Positions 8,721-16,078 of a stretch of 64,000 nt of DNA are shown piece after piece; positions within the stretch are counted from its first letter, which is position 1; each line of letters opens with the position of its first letter. A program made the position numbers and the translations under genes. Below the pieces are notes generated by a model, which worked only from the letters and a program-made list of their open reading frames with translations, did not search any database and was not told the origin of the DNA. The DNA comes from a virus: positions 6,183-70,182 of IMG/VR virus record IMGVR_UViG_2029527005_000001; one strand, written 5' to 3'.

Positions 8721-9177
8721 CTGTGATTATGTAGTTGGCGTTGCTGTCCGTGTAGTTGCGAGCTTGTTTAGCAATTTCTTTGCGCTCAAAGACACGATAG
8801 CGCAGCCCAGCATTAACCGCTTCCGGTCGTTGCAGGAACTCCATGATCGTGATGTTGTGTTTCTTGAGATCGGCTTCAATCAGTGCTGAAAACGCTTTGT
8901 CCCATTCATTACCGTCAGTAAAGAAAAGGGTCTTGTTGGTTGGTAGGACAATAAAGCCCCTCAGTGCACCAAACTCTGATTTCAAATAGAAAGGAACGTT
9001 GTTCTTGCCGATACAAACAAACTGCATGCGACCTTTACCGTCATCCCCCTCAAAGATAAAACCATGGGAGTATTGTTCTTTATACTGAACCACGCAATCG
9101 TTAAAGTCGTGGTAGTAAGCCGACCGTGGTTTCAGAATATCCATTGCCACCACATGCGTGTTATCTAATATGATCAT
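8692..9177 (-). CDS. hypothetical protein
   Basis: 161-aa ORF, ATGA-coupled to the upstream gene. Confidence 0.65.
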   Translation of the reverse strand: MIILDNTHVVAMDILKPRSAYYHDFNDCVVQYKEQYSHGFIFEGDDGKGRMQFVCIGKNNVPFYLKSEFGALRGFIVLPTNKTLFFTDGNEWDKAFSALIEADLKKHNITIMEFLQRPEAVNAGLRYRVFERKEIAKQARNYTDSNANYIITDEDKFKESL

Positions 9178-9677
9178 CGTTTTTTCCTGATGAGGTTAAG
9201 AGACTTCGCAGAGATTTTCTCGTAATCTGTGGTGACCATGAAGTTGTCAACAAAAACCATAGTCTTATAGATTTCTTCTGCAGTTAATTTCAACGCATCG
9301 TAGAAGCGGTACGACCCGTTTGGTGAAATATACACGTCGTGCGGTGCATCACGGAAAGTGAGATAGTTATTCTCGTGCGCTACTGTATAAAAAGAACGAC
9401 GTGTCATCAGCACTAAACGTAAATCTTGATCAAATTCAATGCGGGGATCGTCTTCCCTTAACTGACCTGATTCATAACGCCGAATATAAACCAACACCGG
9501 CTCCAGAATACGTTCGATCTGGTCGTTGTCAAACACATAAGCGATATCATTTTCCGGCGTAATGCGCAGCTTGCCTTCGGGAACTTCACGGAACTTATTG
9601 AGTCCGGCGATATTGCTTTTGTGCACCACCAAACGATCTGCAACGAGTTCACCGTTGCGATAAACAATCAAAGTCAT
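9174..9677 (-). CDS. Ntn-hydrolase/proteasome-beta-like protein (putative)
   Basis: Start MTLIVYRNGELVADR at 9677 after a perfect GGAGGT. The N-terminal Thr plus ...LxAD pattern fits HslV/proteasome-beta-like phage proteins. Confidence 0.5.
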   Translation of the reverse strand: MTLIVYRNGELVADRLVVHKSNIAGLNKFREVPEGKLRITPENDIAYVFDNDQIERILEPVLVYIRRYESGQLREDDPRIEFDQDLRLVLMTRRSFYTVAHENNYLTFRDAPHDVYISPNGSYRFYDALKLTAEEIYKTMVFVDNFMVTTDYEKISAKSLNLIRKKR

Positions 9678-9687
9678 AATACCTCCA

Positions 9688-9711
9688 GGTGGAGAGCCGA
9701 AGCCCTCCACC
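9688..9711 (-). terminator. cUUCGg tetraloop hairpin
   Basis: Minus strand GGTGGAGGGC-TTCG-GCTCTCCACC right after the stop at 9719; no U-tract. Confidence 0.55.
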
Positions 9712-9718
9712 GGTTAGA

Positions 9719-10030
9719 TTAACGTTGCGGGAAACGATGCGCCATGGAGCGCGGAGACGGGTTAGATTTTACCTGCGGCGCGGCGGCGGTTTTAACCGGC
9801 GTCTGCACAGCTTGACCAGTTGGAGTGTCAGTTAACACACCGTCCTGATAATAGAGTTTGTCGCCGGTTTCGAGGCTCTTGTAAGTTTCTGCATCGACGT
9901 TGAGACGCAGCAGAGAATCCTGGAACCCTACAAACAGTTCATCGCCGCCCGCTTTACCGGTTACAACCAGCGTAGTGCCGAAACGAACTTTACCGTGTTG
10001 CTTATCAGTGATCTTAATTGCTACAGACAT
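9719..10030 (-). CDS. hypothetical protein (OB-fold-like N-terminus, low-complexity tail)
   Basis: 103-aa ORF, RBS AGGAG. Confidence 0.6.
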   Translation of the reverse strand: MSVAIKITDKQHGKVRFGTTLVVTGKAGGDELFVGFQDSLLRLNVDAETYKSLETGDKLYYQDGVLTDTPTGQAVQTPVKTAAAPQVKSNPSPRSMAHRFPQR

Positions 10031-10039
10031 AATGTCTCC

Positions 10040-10324
10040 TTAATAGTGGCGTGTATCCAACAGTTGTCGGATCTGTTCTTTGATAATAGCGGGTTCATTT
10101 TCATCATTGAGACGCCCGAGCTTGTCAAAGCTGACATAAGCCAAACCATCGGGACGAAACAGGATAGTGCGGACTTTGATTGAGACTTCTTTGTCTTCGC
10201 GTCGCACTTTAATACCCAAGCCTTTAGGCGAGTCTACCAGGGCTTTGATGATACTCTGCCACTTGGTTGACAGTTGGGTGTAGGGAACGGTAACGTGAAG
10301 CGTGATCTCACCAGTACTCAACAT
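10040..10324 (-). CDS. hypothetical protein
   Basis: 94-aa ORF, RBS GGGGAG. Confidence 0.55.
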   Translation of the reverse strand: MLSTGEITLHVTVPYTQLSTKWQSIIKALVDSPKGLGIKVRREDKEVSIKVRTILFRPDGLAYVSFDKLGRLNDENEPAIIKEQIRQLLDTRHY

Positions 10325-10601
10325 GGGTGATCTCCCCTTTCCAGTCGGTAATCAGATCAAAGTCTGGGGAATAGAACGGGTCATGTGGTATATCCACCAT
10401 CAAAGTGTTAGAACGCTTTTTGTCATTGAAGCGCACACTGACAACCGATCCAATAATGTCCTTGCCTACTTTACTGGTATAGCGTTTTGCATTATAGATC
10501 GCTAACCCTTCAGGGGAGTTGATCTTTTCCCGCAACTGACGTTTTAAAGTGGGTGTCAGTTTATTGCCCACTAAGTTTAATTTACCTTTTACTAAAGCCA
10601 T
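10308..10601 (-). CDS. hypothetical protein (probable early gene)
   Basis: 97-aa ORF directly downstream of a TATATTAC motif. Confidence 0.6.
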   Translation of the reverse strand: MALVKGKLNLVGNKLTPTLKRQLREKINSPEGLAIYNAKRYTSKVGKDIIGSVVSVRFNDKKRSNTLMVDIPHDPFYSPDFDLITDWKGEITHVEYW

Positions 10602-10645
10602 TTCTTTTACCCCTATACAAAGTTTTATTGTGTGAATACAGTATA

Positions 10646-10662
10646 GTAATATAGGTTTCAGA
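10646..10662 (-). promoter_or_regulatory. phiKZ-type early promoter motif (TATATTAC)
   Basis: Minus strand TCTGAAACCTATATTAC. TATATTAC is the published phiKZ early-promoter consensus. Confidence 0.65.
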
Positions 10663-10729
10663 TTAATTTAAAAAGCGTAAAAAAGCCCTGCCGGGTTTCC
10701 CCAGCAAGGCTTGTTATTAATTGCAGGTG

Positions 10730-11152
10730 TCAAGTCGTGAGCTTGATTTCTTTAATTTCTTTTATGACGCTTAACGTATTCTGTTTCTGTTCTGCAGAAA
10801 ACTCATTAAAAGATTTCGACAGCACTAACTCCAGCGCACGTGTTAGCTCAACTTCCAAATTGTCCGGGGCAGCTTTTAATGTTTGTACCGCCACCAATAA
10901 CTCTTGCAGAATATGCTTGGTTAAATGATCTACTTCGTTTCCGTAATGATCTTGCTTTTCCTGTAGTTGTTCGAAATAGATCTCCAATGCTGTTAACAAT
11001 TGTGCTTGGTGACTTGCAAAGCATTGGTGTAATTCGCGACTCAGTTCTTTTCGAAACCGCTTGCTCGTGTAGCGAGGAAAGAGTACACACTTGATACCGT
11101 CCCAAACCACAAGTGCCGCTAGCAACGCTAGAAACCCTTTTACAAATTCCAT
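10730..11152 (-). CDS. membrane-anchored helical protein
   Basis: N-terminal hydrophobic FVKGFLALLAALVVWDGI followed by a helical body. Confidence 0.6.
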   Translation of the reverse strand: MEFVKGFLALLAALVVWDGIKCVLFPRYTSKRFRKELSRELHQCFASHQAQLLTALEIYFEQLQEKQDHYGNEVDHLTKHILQELLVAVQTLKAAPDNLEVELTRALELVLSKSFNEFSAEQKQNTLSVIKEIKEIKLTT

Positions 11153-11182
11153 CTGCTACCCCCTCAGTAACGGCCTAACCAA

Positions 11183-11257
11183 TCAAATAAAGAAATGACG
11201 AAACAAGAAACCAAAGACAACAGCAACAATCACCCAAACAAGTATGGTGGTGGTCAT
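11183..11257 (-). CDS. 24-aa hydrophobic peptide (not in ORF track)
   Basis: MTTTILVWVIVAVVFGFLFRHFFI* with AGGA 8 nt upstream. Confidence 0.4.
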   Translation of the reverse strand: MTTTILVWVIVAVVFGFLFRHFFI

Positions 11258-11466
11258 TACACGGTTCCTATTTTTTAAGCTGCGGTATACAGCATAGTAT
11301 TTAGTGTTTCGTCTGACGGGGAGCGCGATACGTGTAGAGTGTGTGTCTGGCGGTATCAGAGAACGGATCTACGTCAATCAGTATACCGTTTATTTTAATG
11401 GTAATCAATGCTGAGAAATATTGTCCGTACATAGTCAGCTCGACAAAAAAAAATAAAGAGTAAGAG

Positions 11467-11482
11467 GGGAGCCGAAGCTCCC
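11467..11482 (-). terminator. intrinsic terminator with cUUCGg loop
   Basis: Minus strand GGGAGC-TTCG-GCTCCC followed by a T-rich run including T9. Confidence 0.75.
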
Positions 11483-11488
11483 GTCCTA

Positions 11489-11962
11489 TTATAATGCCAT
11501 GCTTGCTTTGCGTGGCTTGTAGCTCACGTTCAGCACGCGGAAGATTTTACCTTCCTTGTCCACAGTATGACAGAGTTTAAAGTTCATCTCGTCATTGGCT
11601 TCGATGGCTTTGCGCAGCTCAACATACTTAGGACCGAACGGACGGATAACCGCCGTGACATGTCCCTGTTTGCCTTCGCTGTTGTTGGCCATGTGGATCT
11701 TGACTTCATCGATCTTGAAGCCCGTGGTAGTAAACGGAACTTCATGGAACTGGCAGTATTCAACATCAGCGTTAACGCCCTGCTGAGTGCCGTGGTTGGT
11801 ATTGACGTAACCGCTACGCAATACACGCGTAAAAGTCTGACGAAGATCAGTAGCGAGTTTTACGCCATGATCTTTGCCGCCTTTACGGTTATCGAACAGG
11901 GTGACGCGGAAACCTTTCTCGCCTTCGTTAACTGCAATTTCTTCATTGATCTTCATAAACAT
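11489..11962 (-). CDS. hypothetical protein, possible degenerate prohead-protease fold
   Basis: IDEVKIH...VTAVIRPFGPKYVELRKAIEANDEMNFKL resembles the phiKZ-type protease segment (recalled as KPxGPxG..L...LE.....FSxRS) but lacks the Ser. Confidence 0.55.
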   Translation of the reverse strand: MFMKINEEIAVNEGEKGFRVTLFDNRKGGKDHGVKLATDLRQTFTRVLRSGYVNTNHGTQQGVNADVEYCQFHEVPFTTTGFKIDEVKIHMANNSEGKQGHVTAVIRPFGPKYVELRKAIEANDEMNFKLCHTVDKEGKIFRVLNVSYKPRKASMAL

Positions 11963-12006
11963 GGGTAGTGCCTCTTGACTAGTTAATAAGAATATCTAAA
12001 AAAGAA

Positions 12007-12023
12007 CCCCCACAATAAGGGGG
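12007..12023 (-). terminator. intrinsic terminator
   Basis: CCCCC-TTATTGT-GGGGG followed by TTCTTTTTT on the minus strand. Confidence 0.65.
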
Positions 12024-12123
12024 CGAACCTAATCAGCGGTTCTCAGGGGTTTTGTCCTGTTCTTGTTTAGATACTCTCCTTAATAATTGGCGGAGCAGTT
12101 AAAAACCACTCCGCCGCCTTTTA

Positions 12124-13056
12124 TTACAGGTATGCCGCCATTTCAGCAGTCGGTGCCGGGATAGCAGCCGGGGTTACTGTGTCGATGGTTTCAGCAGCGC
12201 CTTCGATGATTTCGGAGCTCACCAGGCGGTCCTGTAAGAACTCACCCAGCATCACGCCGCCCAGACCCAGCGCAGTACCTGCGGAAGCTGCCAGGCCAGT
12301 TTTCACCAGCTCAGGCAGTTTGCGAACAGCTTCGATCTGCGTGAACAGATAGTCCGAACCGAAGTAAGAAACGGCCGCACCGCCCAGACCACCCGCGACA
12401 GCACCAACACTGTATTTGTTGTTAGCTACAATGTTGAAACCTGCTGCTGCCAGGGCAGTACCTGCTGCGATGAACTTCGGCTGTAACCAACCTTTGTTCG
12501 CTTCTTCCAGACCGATCAGAGACTGTTCAATCTCTTTGGCCATGGTTTCGTTGATCTCAGCAATGGCTTCTGCCGGCGCCTTACCGCTTTCGATGGCTTT
12601 GTCATACGTCGCCACCGCTTGACGGGAGACGTTGAGTTCAGTCATCTGCTCAGGCGACAGCTCTTCACCACGCTTGATGCGTGAATCCAATTCAACGGTT
12701 TTACGACGCTGAATTTCGATCGTGCTTGCCACACCGATATCTTTCAATACCGGGGTGTTCAGATCGTACTCACGCAGCTGCGGCACAGTGTAGTGCAGGC
12801 CAGTGCGTTTGTTAACGATCGCCACGAAGTCACCAAAGCACTCTGGTTTGATCATGGTCTGCAGCTCAGAAGCATACATGTGTTTGATGTAGTCTTCGTG
12901 AGCGTTCTCTTCACGCATAACCTTAACCGCCTCGATGAACGACTGCGCCGCGATCATGGTAGGAGAACGGTTCTCAATTACTGCGTGAACTGCACCGTTG
13001 TTCTGCTCAGCGTTGTTGTTGGTAGCTTCGTTGCGGTTAGTGTTTTTGTTAGACAT
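12124..13056 (-). CDS. early protein with coiled coil and C-terminal Gly/Ala-rich hydrophobic helices
   Basis: 310 aa. AGTALAAAGF, VGAVAGGLGGAAVSYFG and AASAGTALGLGGVMLG are glycine-zipper-like. TATATTAC motif upstream; downstream hairpins. Confidence 0.7.
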   Translation of the reverse strand: MSNKNTNRNEATNNNAEQNNGAVHAVIENRSPTMIAAQSFIEAVKVMREENAHEDYIKHMYASELQTMIKPECFGDFVAIVNKRTGLHYTVPQLREYDLNTPVLKDIGVASTIEIQRRKTVELDSRIKRGEELSPEQMTELNVSRQAVATYDKAIESGKAPAEAIAEINETMAKEIEQSLIGLEEANKGWLQPKFIAAGTALAAAGFNIVANNKYSVGAVAGGLGGAAVSYFGSDYLFTQIEAVRKLPELVKTGLAASAGTALGLGGVMLGEFLQDRLVSSEIIEGAAETIDTVTPAAIPAPTAEMAAYL

Positions 13057-13125
13057 GATATATACTCTCTCAAAGTTATATTAGGTTAAAGGATGTAAAA
13101 ACATTTCCTATGTTCATACACCCAA

Positions 13126-13142
13126 GTAATATAGACTTGAGA
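13126..13142 (-). promoter_or_regulatory. phiKZ-type early promoter motif (TATATTAC)
   Basis: Minus strand TCTCAAGTCTATATTAC, about 70 nt upstream of the start at 13056. Confidence 0.65.
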
Positions 13143-13182
13143 AAAACTGTAATCTAAATAACAGGCAAAAATAAAGAGGTAT

Positions 13183-13216
13183 TATTAACCCTATCCTGCG
13201 AGGGATAGGGTTAATA
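13183..13216 (-). terminator. terminator hairpin
   Basis: TATTAACCCTATCC...GGATAGGGTTAATA, a 14-bp stem right after the ATP-grasp stop. Confidence 0.75.
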
Positions 13217-13218
13217 AG

Positions 13219-13944
13219 TTATTTAATTAGCTCTTGAAAGCGAGTAAACAAGATACGGAAATAGAGTTCAGCCGGAACTCCGTCTTGCGCGCCCAGAGAG
13301 AAAGCATCGTTAACTTCCACCAACGCCCATTTGCCGTTGATCTTGCCCACGTCAAAACTTCCCCGCGGATAACCAAACTCTGTTAGAAGGTTGGCGATCT
13401 CACGGTTCATGTTGGCGAGTTCATGATCTTTAATACGACAGTGGATGTCGGCTATCTGACGCTGCTCATCCATGAAGTAATAGACGCGATTCTCTTCCGT
13501 AATCTCTACCGGGTCACACACATGTATCGGTGTGTTCTGCGAGACACCCTGCAAACGGAAGTCATCAAAGTCATGACACACAAACCCAGGAAAGCGTTTG
13601 ACATCACGTGCTGGCTTAATGAACTTCGGAAGATCAGACAGCTTGAGATCTTTGAGTTCCATCTGCTCTACACGACGACGCAGATATCCCAAGACACAAT
13701 ACGGGTAGTCGTAAGGCAGAGGAAGTTCTCTCTCGTACTTACGCAGCACCTCGCGCATAAAGCCGATAGATCCCGAGGCAAAGACAAAGGTGTCGGGCAG
13801 GGCGAGCTTTTTAACTTGCTTCTTACCCACCGGAACCACATCAACGGTATTACCGAAGTTCTTTTCCAAGAACGTCTTGATGAGCTCTTCCTCCTTGCCA
13901 AATACCCCCGTGCCTTTCTGTTCTAACCAAAAGACATGTTTCAC
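13219..13944 (-). CDS. ATP-grasp domain protein (DUF4343/R2K-type)
   Basis: FIKP..DVKRFPGFV, EITEENRVY and FDVGKINGKWALVEVNDAFSLG are the ATP-grasp K...E.R and D...E.N motifs. Confidence 0.8.
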   Translation of the reverse strand: MKHVFWLEQKGTGVFGKEEELIKTFLEKNFGNTVDVVPVGKKQVKKLALPDTFVFASGSIGFMREVLRKYERELPLPYDYPYCVLGYLRRRVEQMELKDLKLSDLPKFIKPARDVKRFPGFVCHDFDDFRLQGVSQNTPIHVCDPVEITEENRVYYFMDEQRQIADIHCRIKDHELANMNREIANLLTEFGYPRGSFDVGKINGKWALVEVNDAFSLGAQDGVPAELYFRILFTRFQELIK

Positions 13945-14519
13945 AGCGTCTCCCCTCTACGAATTTTATCCAACGTTTCTGCACCGTCAATAGACTTAAC
14001 AAATTCGTCACGAGGCGAACGAATATGGTATTCTGTCTTTGTTTGTATCTCGCCCTTTAAATTCGAGACTACTACCGTTAAGACGGCGCCATAACAGTGG
14101 TGATATTTTTCCAGCGTGGCGGCGTACCGTAAATTATTAATTGATTCACAGTGGTTAAACCGCCCGTTGGAGAAACACACCTTGCTTTTAAGCGTGCGGA
14201 AATCTTCCTCTTCATCGCCATACTCCCGAAGGTGGACTTGAATGCCCAGCGTCTTAAGCGTTTGTTCAATGGCACGATATAAAGAAAGGTGTTCGAAGTT
14301 GCTTTCATCGTAAGGTAGTGCCAGCAACGCCATCTGTTTAAAGATATCGGCCAGAGTCACCAATCCGTAGTCGTATGATTGCATGTCAACGGTAAATGTC
14401 GTTTCACCCATAGACACTGAACTAAGCCCAGACGACTCGCCCAAATGAAAGATAAATGGATGACTCAAGTTGCCTGTTTTAATTTCCCATTTACCGCGGT
14501 GTACTTCAGTGATAACCAT
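13941..14519 (-). CDS. hypothetical protein
   Basis: 192-aa ORF, GTGA-coupled to the ATP-grasp gene. Confidence 0.65.
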   Translation of the reverse strand: MVITEVHRGKWEIKTGNLSHPFIFHLGESSGLSSVSMGETTFTVDMQSYDYGLVTLADIFKQMALLALPYDESNFEHLSLYRAIEQTLKTLGIQVHLREYGDEEEDFRTLKSKVCFSNGRFNHCESINNLRYAATLEKYHHCYGAVLTVVVSNLKGEIQTKTEYHIRSPRDEFVKSIDGAETLDKIRRGETL

Positions 14520-14547
14520 AATGATTCCTTAAAGTTGCGTGCATAAA

Positions 14548-14573
14548 CCTTACGCCTGTTGAGGGGCGTAAGG
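14548..14573 (-). terminator. hairpin terminator
   Basis: CCTTACGCC / GGCGTAAGG stem immediately after the acb1 stop. Confidence 0.6.
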
Positions 14574-14579
14574 GAAGTG

Positions 14580-15011
14580 TTATTGTAAATCGCGAACGGT
14601 TTCGTTGGTGAACTGCAAAGTTTTGCCCAGCCAGTGGTCCATGCCGGTTTTGACAATCTCCAGCGTGTAGTCGTCGGGATTATACACCAGCGACATGTGC
14701 AGCAGAGCAGTGCCAAAAGAGTGCTTGTAGCCAGCCTCTACCAGACGCTTGAATTCGCGATGCAGGCCGATAGAGTGCAGTTCCATAACAATGGCTTTAC
14801 CGAGTGGTTTAAAGCCGATTACGGTGGCTTCAAACGTGACGTCAGGGTTGATAACACAGCGCGGTTCTTCACACTCCTGTTCGTCATACATCAACGTAAC
14901 GTGGAAGGGGAATTCCGACACGGGTTTTAAATCTAAGTCCGCAATTTCGCGACTCATCACCCGCTCTTGATCTTTGACCAAGTTAACGGAGACGTAACCG
15001 AGCTTTTTCAT
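14580..15011 (-). CDS. acb1: Acb1-like (T4 gp57B) 2H phosphodiesterase, predicted anti-CBASS nuclease
   Basis: 143 aa with two Hx(T/S) motifs, FHVTLMY and LHMSLVY, plus AIVMELHS and GYKHSF. Size and spacing match T4/FBB1 Acb1. Confidence 0.75.
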   Translation of the reverse strand: MKKLGYVSVNLVKDQERVMSREIADLDLKPVSEFPFHVTLMYDEQECEEPRCVINPDVTFEATVIGFKPLGKAIVMELHSIGLHREFKRLVEAGYKHSFGTALLHMSLVYNPDDYTLEIVKTGMDHWLGKTLQFTNETVRDLQ

Positions 15012-15618
15012 TCTGGTTCCTTAATTGAATAATGAAACGTTTCATAGCATCCCTGCGACGATTCCAGCTACGGTACTTGCTACGACGCTGAAGGTATTTG
15101 CGTAATCCCATCGGTAACGACTCACCATACGGTTTCAACAAATACTCGACAAAGATGGCGCGGTCACGTCCATTAAAATAATAACCCTGCAAATTCTCTA
15201 TTGATTTAATTGCACTGCCTTGATAGAAAGGTGGTTCATCGTCTCCCATGTCATTAACCTGTAACGCTTTAATGCCTTTGCGATTGATACCATCTGGAAA
15301 ATAGGCATCGAACACAAACCCATTCTCCTCTACCCAGACATGCCAACCGCCCGCGTGGATGGTTGGTGAGAGCCCTTGTGCTTTGGCAATGACATACACC
15401 AGCGTTGCCATCACGTAACAGTCACCATTATTAATCTTTGTCGCTAACGGTAATTTGCTGTTGGGCTCTTGCTTTTTATACAACGCACGGAAATGCGGCA
15501 GTAGGCTGCGGATGATACGGCCGTACTGGTCGCGTTTCTCATGAACCTGGGACATATCCAACATCTTGCTCCGTGGGGTTTTTGAGTGCGGCGGTAGCGG
15601 CTTCATCTGCCATGTCAT
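14983..15618 (-). CDS. putative Cys-His-Asp (transglutaminase/papain-like) enzyme
   Basis: NNGDCYVMA ... WHVWVEENGFVFDAY gives ordered C, H and D motifs. The true start is probably ~15558-15567. Confidence 0.5.
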   Translation of the reverse strand: MTWQMKPLPPHSKTPRSKMLDMSQVHEKRDQYGRIIRSLLPHFRALYKKQEPNSKLPLATKINNGDCYVMATLVYVIAKAQGLSPTIHAGGWHVWVEENGFVFDAYFPDGINRKGIKALQVNDMGDDEPPFYQGSAIKSIENLQGYYFNGRDRAIFVEYLLKPYGESLPMGLRKYLQRRSKYRSWNRRRDAMKRFIIQLRNQNEKARLRLR

Positions 15619-16030
15619 TGTACTTGTCTCCGGAATGACCTTTGACTTTAAAGAAGCGTACTTTGTTCTCTTTCAACAATGCATGCATCTCTTTCCACAG
15701 GTCGAGGTTTTTAATGGGTTTCTCGATACCGGTTTTCCAGTCGGTATTGATCCACTTCTTACGTGCCCACGCCCAGACCCATGCACTACAGCCCTGTTTG
15801 ACGTAGTTCGAGTCGAGGTAGACGTCAAAGGTTTTGTTGGGGCCGAATTCTTTCAACAGCGCAATCAGTGCCATCATCTCCATGCGGTTGTTGGTTGTTA
15901 AGTGGTAGCCTTTTGATAAAGTGAGTACTTCTTCACTGCCTTCAATCGGGAGTATAACCCCGTAACCACCGGGACCTGGATTCGGATTGGCGCCGCCATC
16001 CGTATAGGCCACTATTATCTTTTCATCCAC
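15539..16030 (-). CDS. rnhA: ribonuclease HI
   Basis: YTDGG..NPGPGG, TTNNRMEM, DSNYV, KNLDLW and KVKGHSG..YNDMAD. Confidence 0.97.
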   Translation of the reverse strand: MDEKIIVAYTDGGANPNPGPGGYGVILPIEGSEEVLTLSKGYHLTTNNRMEMMALIALLKEFGPNKTFDVYLDSNYVKQGCSAWVWAWARKKWINTDWKTGIEKPIKNLDLWKEMHALLKENKVRFFKVKGHSGDKYNDMADEAATAALKNPTEQDVGYVPGS

Positions 16031-16052
16031 TTTTTACTCACCTTAATAAAAG

Positions 16053-16070
16053 GGGGAGGTTGCCCTCCCC
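16053..16070 (-). terminator. GGGGAG/CTCCCC intercistronic hairpin
   Basis: Stem followed by TTTTATT on the minus strand. Confidence 0.55.
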
Positions 16071-16078
16071 AGTGTGTG

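Noticed and set aside
12040-12095. Strong RBS (TAAGGAGAG) followed by a short open frame SKQEQDKTPENR* on the minus strand
   Set aside because: There is no valid start codon (GTA/ATC at the expected place). At best it is a decayed mini-gene or another indel.
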